NCBI GenBank assembly: GCA_964016885.1
Contig: OZ024758.1
Coordinates: 32,984,001-33,048,000, forward strand
Direction of reading: 5' to 3'
Source of the DNA: Eledone cirrhosa
Taxonomy: Eukaryota
DNA length: 64,000 nt
The notes under the pieces were generated by a model. That model searched no databases, had not been told where the DNA came from, and saw only the letters and a list, made by a program, of their open reading frames with translations. This document shows positions 50,216 through 62,300 of this stretch, in pieces (position 1 is the first letter of the stretch; each line of letters opens with the position of its first letter). Made by a program: the position numbers and the translations under genes.

Positions 50216-50567
50216 ATTATGGTTGTTCAGAACGCTAGAAATAGCATCCAAAAATAACTCAAAACTCACTCTATAGTCTAAAATAATAAATTAGGATATA
50301 CAGGAGAGTGAATGATCTACAAAAGACACTATCATTATGACTAAACTACCATCATGGGATTGTTCAATCAGGTCTAACATGGGATGAGACAGAGGTTCTC
50401 AAACGGTGCCCCTGCCTCACGGCCATATAATACCCTCAGTGCCCTCAACCCTAATTCCAAAGAGACCTGCCTACAAGCAAATTGTAAATGATATATAATA
50501 ATAATATAATATATACTATGTATAAATAAATATTATATATTTTTTATTTTACTATATTTATATATAA

Positions 50568-52783
50568 CTAGCTGGCTCATCCGGCTGGGACCCGGTTACC
50601 ATTGGCGTCTTCTACAGCATCCAGATATATATAGCTGACGTACCTAGCTTTGCTTGGATAAACAGATGATAAGCCGTCTGTGTTGTATAGTATTACTGTT
50701 GAAAATATATAGTACAGTATTACTGTTGAAAATATATAGTACAGTATTACTGTTGAAAATATATAGTATAGTATTACTGTTGAAAATATATAGTATAGTA
50801 TTACTGTTGAAAATATATAGTACAGTATTACTGTTGAAAATATATAGTATAGTATTACTGTTGAAAATATATAGTATAGTATTACTGTTGAAAATATATA
50901 GTACAGTATTACTGTTGAAAATATATAGTATAGTATTACTGTTGAAAATATATAGTACAGTATTACTGTTGAAAATATATAGTACAGTATTACTGTTGAA
51001 AATATATAGTACAGTATTACTGTTGAAAATATATAGTACAGTATTACTGTTGAAAATATATAGTATAGTATTACTGTTGAAAATATGTAGTATAGTATTA
51101 CTGTTGAAAATATATAGTATAGTATTACTGTTGAAAATATATAGTACAGTATTACTGTTGAAAATATATAGTACAGTATTACTGTTGAAAATATATAGTA
51201 CAGTATTACTGTTGAAAATATATAGTACAGTATTACTGTTGAAAATATATAGTATAGTATTACTGTTGAAAATATATAGTACAGTATTACTGTTGAAAAT
51301 ATATAGTACAGTATTACTGTTGAAAATATATAGTACAGTATTACTGTTGAAAATATATAGTATAGTATTACTGTTGAAAATATATAGTACAGTATTACTG
51401 TTGAAAATATATAGTACAGTATTACTGTTGAAAATATATAGTACAGTATTACTGTTGAAAATATATAGTATACTATTACTGTTGAAAATATATAGTATAG
51501 TATTACTGTTGAAAATATATAGTATAGTATTACTATTGAAAATATGTAGTATAGTATTACTGTTGAAAATATATAGTACAGTATTACTGTTGAAAATATA
51601 TAGTATAGTATTACTGTTGAAAATATATAGTACAGTATTACTGTTGAAAATATATAGTACAGTATTACTGTTGAAAATATATAGTACAGTATTACTGTTG
51701 AAAATATATAGTATAGTATTACTGTTGAAAATATATAGTACAGTATTACTGTTGAAAATATATAGTACAGTATTACTGTTGAAAATATATAGTACAGTAT
51801 TACTGTTGAAAATATATAGTATACTATTACTGTTGAAAATATATAGTATAGTATTACTGTTGAAAATATATAGTATAGTATTACTATTGAAAATATGTAG
51901 TATAGTATTACTGTTGAAAATATATAGTATAGTATTACTGTTGAAAATATGTAGTATAGTATTACTGTTGAAAATATATAGTATAGTATTACTGTTGAAA
52001 ATATGTAGTATAGTATTACTGTTGAAAATATATAGTATAGTATTACTGTTGAAAATATATAGTATAGTAATTACTGTTGAAAATATATAGTATAGTATTA
52101 CTGTTGAAAATATATAGTATAGTATTACTGTTGAAAATATATAGTATAGTATTACTGTTGAAAATATATAGTATAGTATTACTGTTGAAAATATATAGTA
52201 TAGTAATTACTGTTGAAAATATATAGTATAGTATTACTGTTGAAAATATATACACGAATATATAATTATATATATATATAATTAATTAAAAGTTGGTTAG
52301 AAGCGAAGTCAATGCAGACAGGCAGACATACAGACAGATATTATAAGTGCGCAACGTTATAGCTATGTATCTATCTAAAAAGACAGAGTAATGTTGTATT
52401 ATATATATTATATATAATAAAGCACCAGTAATGAACTCCTCACTTTACATACGGCCGTCAACTTTAATAATATAGATAGAGATTGACAATTTACACAGAA
52501 ATTTAATCCATGATACATAAAAAAAAAGACGATATTATATATAAACTGCAAAATATATGAATGTTTATTTAAGCCATGATAACCAGAAGTGTTGACATTT
52601 GAAAATTTTAAAGAAGTGAATATTTAAATAAATAATAAAATATCTTTCAAGAATAACGAAATTCAGTAGACAAAAATACCCTCACTTTCTTACTTTGAAA
52701 AAGTTACATCTTTGGTCAAAATTTGGTGCCATTTGATGAAAAGTTTGTTACATACATACGGCCGTCAGCTTTATTAATATAGA
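50568..52783 (-). mobile_element. non-autonomous Helitron, apparently containing a second related Helitron (~50631-52476)
   Basis: On the minus strand the 5' end is TCTATATTAATAAAGCTGACGGCCGTATG at 52783, with a second 5' end at 52476. The 3' end is hairpin CCGGGTCCCAGCCGG plus CTAG|T at 50568. Confidence 0.78.
50684..52250. repeat. 27-bp satellite (gtattactgttgaaaatatatagta(c/t)a), ~58 copies
   Basis: Directly visible; 9-aa periodicity VLLLKIYS(T/I). Confidence 0.96.
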
Positions 52784-53362
52784 TATATTTTATATTTAAT
52801 ATACTATTATATTATCTCTACTACCTTCTCCCACCTTAGGCCCCAGCGCTCCCTGGACTTTCTCAATGCTAGTACCCACTTTGAGAACCCATAGACAATG
52901 ATCAGACTATATATTTAGTGATACTAATTTACTTTCCCATAGTATAAAGCAATTTTGCACTAACTCAAGTAATTTGACTATTAGAATAGAATTACTGTAT
53001 AGTTCATCTCCATGAAGAATGCAGAATGATTTAACTACCTCGATCTGTTTATTGTGGCAGTGTATGAGATAATTTTACTGCCAAATTTTCAATGGTTGAC
53101 TCGTTGAGATGCCAAAGACTTGACTTTTCTCATCGTCAAGATATTTATATAGTGAACCGAAGACTCAAATAATAAATATATATATATATATATATTAATT
53201 TCAAAAACACCGAATATACAAGGCATTGTCAAACTGACATATGTTTCTGCTGGCCTAAACCCACCCTAGGGCCATAATATTACAATTCCAAAATTTTCTA
53301 GTTTTTAACCATCCAGTAAAGGAGATTAATATTACTACTATTATCTCTCTATCTATCTATAT

Positions 53363-53838
53363 GTCATCATCATCATTTTACGTCCACTTTTCCCTGCTTG
53401 CAAGGGTGGGACGGGTCTTATTCAACACAGCATCTCTCCACTCGTCACGGTCCTTCGTCATCTCCACCGTGAGCTTCAATGATCTGAGGTCTGTTCTCAC
53501 CACCTCCGCCCATGTTTTTCGTGGTCTACCTCTACCACGTCTTCCTTCAACTGGCATTTCCTGGCACTTCTTCACCCATCGGTCATCCTCCATGCGCATC
53601 ACATGTCCATACCACCTCAGTCTCCTCTCCCGTACACAGTTTCCCTCTCCCTCTCAGACACAGTTTCTCTCTCAACACATTTATGCTGGGTCGTTCACGC
53701 ACATTGACATTGCACATCCAACGGAGCATGCTTGCCTCATTTCTCTCCAGTCGTCGCATATCCTCTGCAGTTGCTGCCCATGTCTCACTACCATGTAGCA
53801 TCGCGCTCCTCACACAGGCATCATACAACCGGCCTTTC
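53363..53838 (-). pseudogene. RTE-type LINE 3' end, 5'-truncated and frameshifted, with (GAT)n tail
   Basis: YDACVRSAMLHGSETWA..LERNEASMLRWMC and MRMEDDRWVKKC..VEGRRGRGRPRKTWAEVV..DRDEWR are typical RTE C-terminal motifs. Confidence 0.88.
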
Positions 53839-53864
53839 GTATATATATATATATATATCTATAA

Positions 53865-54034
53865 AAGTGGTAACACAACAGTTAGTTCACCATACTAAGA
53901 ACAGTTGTTCCACCTTCAGCTCAGACTGGTCATGGTTATACCGGAATAGGAAGAACAACCGTTTGAATGCGCATGCGCAGAAACGTAGAAACAATTGTTC
54001 TCGGTATGGTGAACTAACTTTTGTGTTACCACTT
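53865..54034. mobile_element. MITE with ~45-bp terminal inverted repeats
   Basis: AAGTGGTAACACAACAGTTAGTTCACCATAC.. / ..GTATGGTGAACTAACTTTTGTGTTACCACTT. Confidence 0.75.
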
Positions 54035-54098
54035 CTACCTAACTCGTCCCATTGACTGAGTGTTCTACCACTACGGATATTACCTTCCAGTGTTCTAC

Positions 54099-54133
<35 letters not shown>

Positions 54134-54659
54134 CTAGCAGTGGTACCCGGCGTTGCACGGGATAAGGTATTTTCGAACGCGAGCCACCAACAGACCTAAT
54201 CGTGGAAAAACTGCATACCTGGACAATATGTAAAGAAAATAAACCGAATACTCTGATGGCTGGATAATCTTTAAGATTTTCCTCGATGAAGCAGGAAAAA
54301 TGCAGATTTTCACCTAATGCAGGACCTAGGGAATCAATAAAATGAATTTTTTACATGTGCATAATATGCCTTGAAATTTCGGGAAAAATCGCCTCAAAAA
54401 AGCCCTAAAAAGCTGAAAAATTGAAGTTTTTCACCTAATGGATTTTCTTTGCTCACGGTATGAAGAAGAAACTGACTAATACATAGTTACAATTTCAAGG
54501 AAATCGGTCTGACGTAACAAAAAAAACCTAAAAGCTGAAAAAAACGCAGTTTTACACCTAATGTGGGCCCTAGGGGATCAAAAAGTTGAATTTTTTTATG
54601 TGCATAACACTCCCTGAAACATGGGTAATACACATGTAAAGTTTAAGGATTCAAACTCA

Positions 54660-54706
<47 letters not shown>

Positions 54707-54727
54707 CCTCAGTTTTATATATATAGA
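54134..54727 (-). mobile_element. non-autonomous Helitron (594 bp) with (GT)n near its 5' end
   Basis: On the minus strand the 5' end is TCTATATATATAAAACTGAGGATGTG; the 3' end is CCCGTGCAACGCCGGG plus CTAG|T. Confidence 0.88.
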
Positions 54728-54920
54728 TAATTAAAATTATTGGTTGTTTCAATGTATTGAAATAATTAATATGGTATCGGTATTCCAGAAACCGAAAACA
54801 TTTTTGGGGACCCTATATGAGTAAAAGTGACTTATTTTAGATGGTCTTGCTTATATCTCCTACCCCAAAATTTGGTGACCTTGTGCCTAAATCAAAAACC
54901 ATTATATATATATATATATA

Positions 54921-55109
54921 AGGGCGGTGAATTGGCAGTATCGGTAGAGGGTTGGACGCCATGTTTTCTAGCATAGTTACGTCCCTTTACAGTCAGCGTT
55001 CAAATCCCGCCGAGGTTAACTTTGCCTTTCATCCTTACAGGGTCGATAAAATAAAGTACCAGTAATGTACTGGGTAATTTGCTGGCCTTGTGCCTAAAGT
55101 AGAAACCAT
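54921..55109 (+). mobile_element. SINE family A, internal-deletion subfamily, inserted in the (TA)n tail of an older SINE
   Basis: gttcaaatcccgccgaggttaactttgcctttcatcc..; preceded by another ttgtgcctaaatcaaaaacc tail. Confidence 0.82.
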
Positions 55110-55126
55110 TATATATATATATATTA

Positions 55127-55420
55127 GAGGGCACTCCGTCAGTTATGACAATGAGTGTTCCAATTGATCTGATCAACAGAACCTGCTGGTGAAATTAACG
55201 TGCAAGTGGCTGAGCATTCCACAGACACGCGTACTCATAACGTAGTTCTCAGGGAGATTCAGCATAACACTGAACGTGGCAAAGCCAGCCCTTTGAATTT
55301 ACAGGTGCAAGTGGAATGGAGCAACATGAAATAAAGTGTCTTGCTCAAGGACACAATGCGCCACCAGGATTCAAACTCACGACCTTATGGTTGAGAACCG
55401 AATACCTTAACGTGCCTTCA
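55127..55420 (-). mobile_element. SINE, same family as 14398-14775
   Basis: gtagttctcagggagattcagc..aaagtgtcttgctcaaggacac. Confidence 0.7.
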
Positions 55421-55587
55421 TGTGTAAATATATATATATACCTGTAGGTTAGCTGCCTTATTGTGACAGTTGACAGTCATAAAAGCCAAATGCTTCCACT
55501 GTCATTGCATAACATACATTTTCCTGAATTCATTCATCAGATACAGAAAGTGAGCAAAATTAAAATGTACAAAAATTTATATCTATA

Positions 55588-55804
55588 CAGGGTATATATC
55601 ACAAAGGTTATATTTAAAAAAGCTATATGCTATATTTTTTAATCAAATGACCATATAATCATGTGGTGACTTGTACAAAACACGTCTGAATATAAAGTTT
55701 TATTATTTTTTTTATAATTTTTATAAAGTTTTATAAAGTTATTTATATTTTGAGCATTTGTAAAAATTGTAAATAAATTTGGATGATTTTTTTTATACAC
55801 CCTG
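55588..55804. mobile_element. Tc1/mariner-like MITE
   Basis: TA|CAGGGTATAT..ATACACCCTG|TA. Confidence 0.55.
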
Positions 55805-55989
55805 TATTTCTTGATAATGTATTGTCAACAAAAACAAATAATATTTTGTAATGACTATAATAAATGTTTTATAATCTATTTTTTCCAAAAATAGGTTATA
55901 CAAAAATTTCCCTAACCTTTATATAATTTATTCCAACAGTTATATATATATATATTTATTTTGGAATGTATATATATATATATAAATGT

Positions 55990-56245
55990 GAAGGCGCATG
56001 GCTTAGTGGTTAGAGCATTGGGCTTGCAATCGAAAGGTTGTGAGTTCAATTCTCGGACCGGGTGATGTATTCTTTCCTTGAGCAAGACACTTTATTTCAC
56101 GTTGCTCCAGTTTACTCAGCTGTAGAAATGAGTACCGGCCTGCCCGCCCAGCCAGTGGAATGGCCTTATCTTACGGCTAAAACAGCATGACGTGCTGTGA
56201 CCAGCGGCGCCGATTGGTGCCCGACAGACTGGTCGGTCAAGGTGA
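55990..56245 (+). mobile_element. CORE-type SINE, CpG-retaining (young) copy
   Basis: A-box TGGCTTAGTGG, B-box GAGTTCAATTC and core CCTTGAGCAAGACACTT. Confidence 0.82.
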
Positions 56246-57009
56246 TATATATATAAACGATGATCATGATATATATATATATATATTTATTTATTTTGGA
56301 ATGTATATATATAAACGATGATCATGATATATATTTATTTATTTATTTTGGAATGTATGTATATATATATATATATAAATATATATATATATATTTATTT
56401 ATTTTGGAATGTATGTATATATATATATATATAAATATATATATATATATTTATTTATTTTTCTAATCAAGAATATTTCTCATCACAAAAAGAAAAATCA
56501 AAAAACAAAAACTATAAATTTATTAAAGAATGAAAATAAGATTAAAAAGAAAAGGAAGAGAGAATAATTTTACTAAGTAATGAATAGTTTGTTAATGTTC
56601 ATGAAGCATAAAAGACTTCAACCAAAATATCTCTGAAGAAAAAATTAATTATAGAAATCCAGTGCAATCTTTGTGTGCATTCCTTTGATATATTTCTTTT
56701 AAATTATATTCAATATTGGTAGGACTAAACTACTGAGTATTCAACAGTAGAAATCTTTAAAACATCTTATTTATGGCTATAAACTGAATTGATGATGATG
56801 ATAATAATAATAGTAATCATCATCATCATCCAGTTTTTGGTTATGCAGGACTTAATTAATCCTTAATTGGGCTGGTTCCTGCCTGACAGCGCTCCTTAGC
56901 GTCCTGCTCCATGTGTTTCTGCTCACCGGTCTCACTTGGGCCAGACCAGGCCTAGCTTGATCCTCACAGATACCTTTCATCATAATAACAATGATGATGA
57001 TGATGATGA

Positions 57010-57332
57010 TTTAGACACAAGGCCAACATTTGGGGTTGGGGAGTCAATGAAATCACCTCCAGTGTATAACTGGTACTTTATTTTATCGACCTCATAAGAT
57101 TGAAAGGCATAGCTAACACATACTGTCTGATGCTCTACCGATTCTGCCAATCCATCACCCTATAATAATAATAGAGATTTCTGATTTAGGCACAAGGCCA
57201 GCAATTTTAGGGGAGGGGAAAGTTGATTAAATCGACCCCAGTATATTACTAGTACTTTATTTTTTCAACCCCATAAGGATGAAAGGCCAAGTTAACCTCG
57301 GCAGGATTTGAACTCAGGTCATAAAGGGCCAA
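57010..57332 (-). mobile_element. two tandem SINE family A copies
   Basis: 57010-57160 and 57180-57332 both match the consensus. Confidence 0.75.
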
Positions 57333-57340
57333 TAAAAATA

Positions 57341-57504
57341 ACAACAGGAATGTTGCAGAAAACAGCCTTGCTAGGAACAGCAAGGATTCTAAGGCAGGTG
57401 TTGGAAAGTTGAGTGAGAAGAAATCACCCAAAAGACCTTTGGCCATTTGCTATGGCTCGCACTTTGGGTCTAATGTCAGTATATCTGCCAGAGCAACAGT
57501 ATTA

Positions 57505-57538
<34 letters not shown>

Positions 57539-57546
57539 TAATAATA
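57341..57546 (+). mobile_element. R4/Dong-like LINE extreme 3' end with (TAA)n tail
   Basis: Translation GMLQKTALLGTARILRQVLES*, then a short UTR and (AAT)n. Confidence 0.7.
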
Positions 57547-57612
57547 ACAACAACAACATTATTAGGACAGACAAAAACATTCTAAATGTAATTTAAAACA
57601 TGTACCAATTAC

Positions 57613-57692
57613 CTTCTGTTATGGAAAAGCTCAAATCAATGCACAATTTTTCTATCAGCAGCAAAGTATATTGTAGATTATAAATGACTCAC
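57613..57692 (-). other. candidate 80-nt non-coding exon / recursive splice site
   Basis: On the minus strand: CTAAC branch site, AG-free U-rich tract, TTTTTAG|GTGAGT...AGAAG|GTAATT. Stops occur in all three frames and there is no ATG. Confidence 0.5.
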
Positions 57693-57924
57693 CTAAAAAT
57701 AAAATAAAGATAGTTATAAGTTAGCTGCAGATTAGAACTAACTAAACAATGTTTAGTTTAAAAACCACACAACATTAAAATTTCACAGAAAGAATAAATA
57801 CATTTAATATTGACAAACATATCAAATGTATGCTCACAAGAAAATGTAAACATACAAATGTTGACAAGAAAATTTGTTTAAGGATGTTTAATGTGATGCT
57901 TGTTTTCATGTATGCATGTATGTA

Positions 57925-58200
57925 TGGTCGTGTAACTCCTGATAGAATCATAAGGGGGCACTGTATTGGCATACAGCGTTTCTAGGGTATTTTAAATCTG
58001 GCAAAGCCCATCCCTCTCCAGGTCTGAACACAGCAGATTTCTTCCAGAGAAGGATAGAAAGTGAGAGAGACTGGTACTTTTTTTTTATCGACCTCGAAAG
58101 GATGAAAAACAAAATTTTGAATTCATAGAGCAGATAGACAAAATAAATACAACAAAGAGTTCTGTCTGACATGTTAATGACTCTGCTAATTCGTTGCCTA
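57925..58200 (-). mobile_element. SINE family B
   Basis: Reverse-complement match to 41350-41620. Confidence 0.7.
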
Positions 58201-58559
58201 CTTGTTTTAATAACATTTTAATTAATATATTATCAATTGAAAACACAAATTACATATTAAACTCTTAAAACAGAGATTTTAAAAATAAATAATAAAGCTA
58301 TATAAAACTACAATTAAATTACATTTATTAGAATCATTGTTTTCATGATTTTAGTAGAGTATTGTAAAACTGTTATTGATCAAATGGCAGGTAATTACTG
58401 ATAGCCAAAATATTTGTTCCTAATTAGTTATAAATATTAATGGAAAATGTTTGACAGTAGATTAGAATAAAGCAGTGAGGCTCTCATGAAAGAATTTAAT
58501 CCTGAAGGAATTTAATCTTTTGAAAAACGACTAGCAATTCCAAAGATAAAAAAAAACCA

Positions 58560-58815
58560 ACACTCGAGGGAAAGCATAAGACTGATCAATAAAGTCATCT
58601 GAAATATCGAAGGGTGAAATGGAATGATTGATGACATTTACAGAAACCAGCTAATTATTGTATGCAGTTACTTCAACCATTGCAGACACATTTTGGAGAA
58701 AGACCTAAACAACAACAAAAAAATGGAAATGCAAGCAATTTATTTGGAAGGAAAATATGTCGACAGGCTGTACCTACCAAGAGCTTTAGAAGGATGAGGT
58801 CTATTCCAAATCAAA
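58560..58815 (+). pseudogene. decayed R4/Dong-like LINE ORF fragment
   Basis: Translation ..KYVDRLYLPRALEG*GLFQI.. resembles the DRLYxPRxxGGRGL motif. Confidence 0.5.
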
Positions 58816-58904
58816 CTCACCTTCACAACTATCTTTGGGTGGTTTTCTGCTAACATGTGTAGTGTGTATATTGATATTATACGCAAGTATAATATCAATA
58901 TACA

Positions 58905-59295
58905 TCAAATAAAATCGTAATTGACAATATACACAGAAATTGAACGAAGACTGCGTTACACTGTCTTATGTAATCAATAACGTACTCCATGATACATTAA
59001 AAAAAGACGATATTATATATAAACTGCATTAGGAGAAAATTAGTGACAGAAATATATGAATGTTTATTTAAGCGATCGCTAACCGGAAGTGTTGACATTT
59101 GAACATTTTAAAGAAGTGAATCTTAAAATAAGCAACAAAATTATTTATATTTAATCAAGAATAACGAAATTTAGGAGATAAATTATGTAATATTCATTCA
59201 TTATTTATTCAAAGTAATCCAACTTATTTTACAAACTGGATAAAAAAATATATTCTGGACGCTGTCCCGCACTCCTTACTTTATTATAGTTTAGA
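58905..59295 (-). mobile_element. Helitron 5' fragment related to 52480-52783
   Basis: Shared block ccatgataca..aaagacgatattatatataaactgca..gaagtgttgacatttgaa, and a TCTAAACTATAATAAAG start at 59295. Confidence 0.6.
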
Positions 59296-59442
59296 TTCAG
59301 TTCGTTTGCAAGCAAACAGCCTCAAAACACCATGTGTTTTCTAGATGACTGATATCATCCTTTTGTCCCAGCAGTAGTAGAGAGAAAATAGTCACAAAAC
59401 AAATATTAATAATATTATTATTATATTGTTATTATTTACTCA

Positions 59443-59657
59443 TGGTGGAATGGCAGAATTGGTAGAGTGTCAGACACCATACTTTGCAGCATAGAGTTAC
59501 GGCCCTTTACGTTCTGAGTTCAAATGCAACCGAGATTAATTTTGCCTTTCGTCCTTATGGGGGTCAATAAAATAAAGTACCAGTAACACACTGGGGTCGA
59601 TTTAATCAACTTTCCCATCCCCCAAAATTGTTGGCCTTGTGCCTAAAGTAGAAACAA
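59443..59657 (+). mobile_element. SINE family A, full length
   Basis: Matches the consensus. Confidence 0.82.
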
Positions 59658-60225
59658 TTATTCACTAACGAATACATTTAGGTAGCCACCATGTTAGAGT
59701 GAAAACAAATTTTGTTTTTAAATAACAAATAATAGCATGGATAACAAAAGAGCAACTAGTTGTTACAAGCTGAACTTGCTTCTGAAAGAGACAACATAAA
59801 ATGTTATGTAAACACAAATTACAACAATATAAAAAGAAAATAATCAATGGCCTGAACATTTTTATAATGTGTATTCCACAGAAAGATATTTTCTCTCTGT
59901 TTTTCTAATTATCATTATGAATTCTGAGAAGTAAAATTATGTATTTTTGTATTTTATTTTGATAGCGTTAGCAATTTTTCTTTTGTATACATGAAATTTT
60001 ACATTTCTTACATATATTCCTTTATGTTTGTATAAAGAATAAGAAGCACCAAAGAGTCAATATGTTATCAAACTAACAGTTAGTTTGGTAGCATATTGAC
60101 TCTTTCGTGCTTATTCTTTATATATCAATCAGCATGAACCCTATTGTATCGAGCTTTAAACCCTCTGGTAAAGTTTATACCCAATAATAGTAATACTGTT
60201 ATTATTAAAGAATATTTCATTTTTT

Positions 60226-60537
60226 TTCATTTTACATCCGCTTTTCCTTGCTTGCAAGGGTGGGATGGGAACTGATTCTGGCTTGATTTCTACGGCTGGA
60301 TGCCCTTCCTAACACCAACCTCATTTACAGTGAGTGATGGGTGTTTTTTTCCCGTGGCACCGCCACGTCCACTTTACAGCAAGTGCTGGGTGCTTTTTTG
60401 CCATGGCACCTCCACGACCACTTTGCAGTGGAATGAAAGGGACCCCAGTCCCTATCATCTCATTTCTACAGCTGCGTAAACTGGAGCAATGTGAAATAAA
60501 GTGTCTTGCTCAAGAAAACAACACATCACCCGGTCTG
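60226..60537 (-). mobile_element. CORE-type SINE with RTE tail (family of 30894-31233), head truncated, internal duplication
   Basis: cattttacatccgcttttccttgcttgcaagggtggga..aaagtgtcttgctcaag. Confidence 0.78.
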
Positions 60538-60704
60538 TATATATATATTCCTTTTTTTAATTTGATCTTTTTAATGATTTTTCTGGGGGAAAAGGCTATG
60601 CCCATAGCCTTCGCATGCCCTTCTTTCAAGACTCATGAGATCAATGCGGTTGATTTTTTTTCTTGGAGTTAATGAATAGCAGTCCTTTATGTGAAGCACT
60701 TTAA

Positions 60705-60931
60705 CCTTTTGGATACCAGCAGGGCAAAACCCACCTTGGGTTTTACGAAACAACATCACCCATTTTAAAGGTTTCCTATTTAACTCAAAATCTTCCAAGA
60801 TAATTTTATATAAGGATCTTAAGTTACTATCTTAATAATAAAATAATTAATAATTTCAGTAAATATAATATTTCTAAATTCTTCATTAATTGAAATATAG
60901 TGGATATTATTATAAATACAGTATGAAAATG
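60705..60931. mobile_element. piggyBac-like MITE (P2-related)
   Basis: TTAA|CCTTTTGGATACC...GTATGAAAATGG|TTAA. Confidence 0.5.
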
Positions 60932-62263
60932 GTTAAAAGCATCTTTTTATTCTGGTGTAATAACAACATTCCTTTGAAAGATATTTGTCACTAAACAGCT
61001 GTGTTCCCTTTGAAAATAGAGTGGCATGCTTCAGAATAAACTAGTGAATCCTTTATTTCTAATATGATGGAATTTATGATTATTCAAGAAATGAATTAAT
61101 CTAACAATGAACTATAAAAATATATAAATTAATTTTATGCCATTATAAGAAAAATAAAAAGCTTGTCAGAACCCTGCCTTGAGAGTACTCATATTAATGG
61201 CTCTCTTTGTTACCAAGCAAAATATAGTGAAAACATGGTTGCCAAGCCTTAAAATATTTTTATCTGATATAACAATTTTACAGCCACCAACCATTTACAA
61301 CTTCAGAAGTGATGCATCCCTTTGACAGATTATCTGTGACATGGAAAATACAGCTTTACAGTTACAAGCCATCGCAATTTCAACAGCTATTATGAACTAC
61401 ACATCCCTTCAACAAATAATCTATATTACAAGACCTAACAGTTTTAAACCCATCACAGCTTCACCAGCTATATACCCTTACATATCCTACTGGCAGATTG
61501 TCATGCCTTGAATGCACCTTTATAAACCAGCCATGTTGTAATAAATGGAGTTGCTAAGGATTTACCCATCAATAGCTAAACACTCACTTTGCCAAGAAAC
61601 TTAACAGCTAGAAGACATTGCTGTAGTTAACACAAATAAATAAATCTATTCCATATACCAACACCATAAATGAAACTTAAGGGTCAATCAACCTCGTGGT
61701 CCCAGTTCTCAGGATGGAGATGACATTGCCCTGGAGGATGGCAAGGAAGATGTGCTTGAAGAGCCATTCCACCTGACAGGGCTCACACTTGCAGGTAGCC
61801 AACTCCACACCAATAGCAGTGAACAAGGATTCGCTCTTATACAGAAATCAGCACTTTCTTTTTCAGCTAATCAAAAATATTAGGCATATTTTAAGCTGAA
61901 AAAATAACAATTTATAGTCTATCATTTTTCTGCAAGTTTCCTATAAATAGAAAGGCTTATTTTCTTTTCTATTCTACACTGCAATATTATCCACCTGAAC
62001 CAGTATGACACTCAAAGAACTACTACAATTCCCAACACTACTTATTTTCAACAACACCCTAATTGTGCAATTCGCATTGCAAGTATATTTCATATAAACC
62101 ATGCTATTGATGTTGTAATTTAATAGCTGTTATTAATCTATACTTGAGCTGCTCGCCAGTTACAGACCTAGCATGGATGTTGTACGGACACATTTTTATT
62201 GCTGTTGTATTTGAATAATTGTACATGTTGAATAAACTTTACATTTCTGGTAGATATCGAAAA

Positions 62264-62300
<37 letters not shown>

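Larger units (their letters stand above)
50390..52890. mobile_element. hAT-like MITE (same family as 11295-12602) interrupted by Helitron(s)
   Basis: CAGAGGTTCTCAAA left end and cccactttgagaaccc right end (degraded, TSD not clear). The interior AT tract resumes after 52783. Confidence 0.75.

Noticed and set aside
50654-52090. 478-aa ORF of VLLLKIYS(T/I) repeats
   Set aside because: It is a stop-free frame through a 27-bp satellite inside a Helitron, with a non-ATG start and no unique domain.
55990-56062. Possible tRNA gene (A and B boxes, cloverleaf-like)
   Set aside because: It continues straight into the SINE core and has many diverged copies, so it is a SINE head and not a functional tRNA.
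61698-61883. GC-richer open frame (GPSSQDGDDIALEDGKEDVLEEPF..) as a possible exon
   Set aside because: There is no recognisable homology or strong acceptor. It is more likely a decayed retroelement 5' region, but it cannot be excluded without RNA data.
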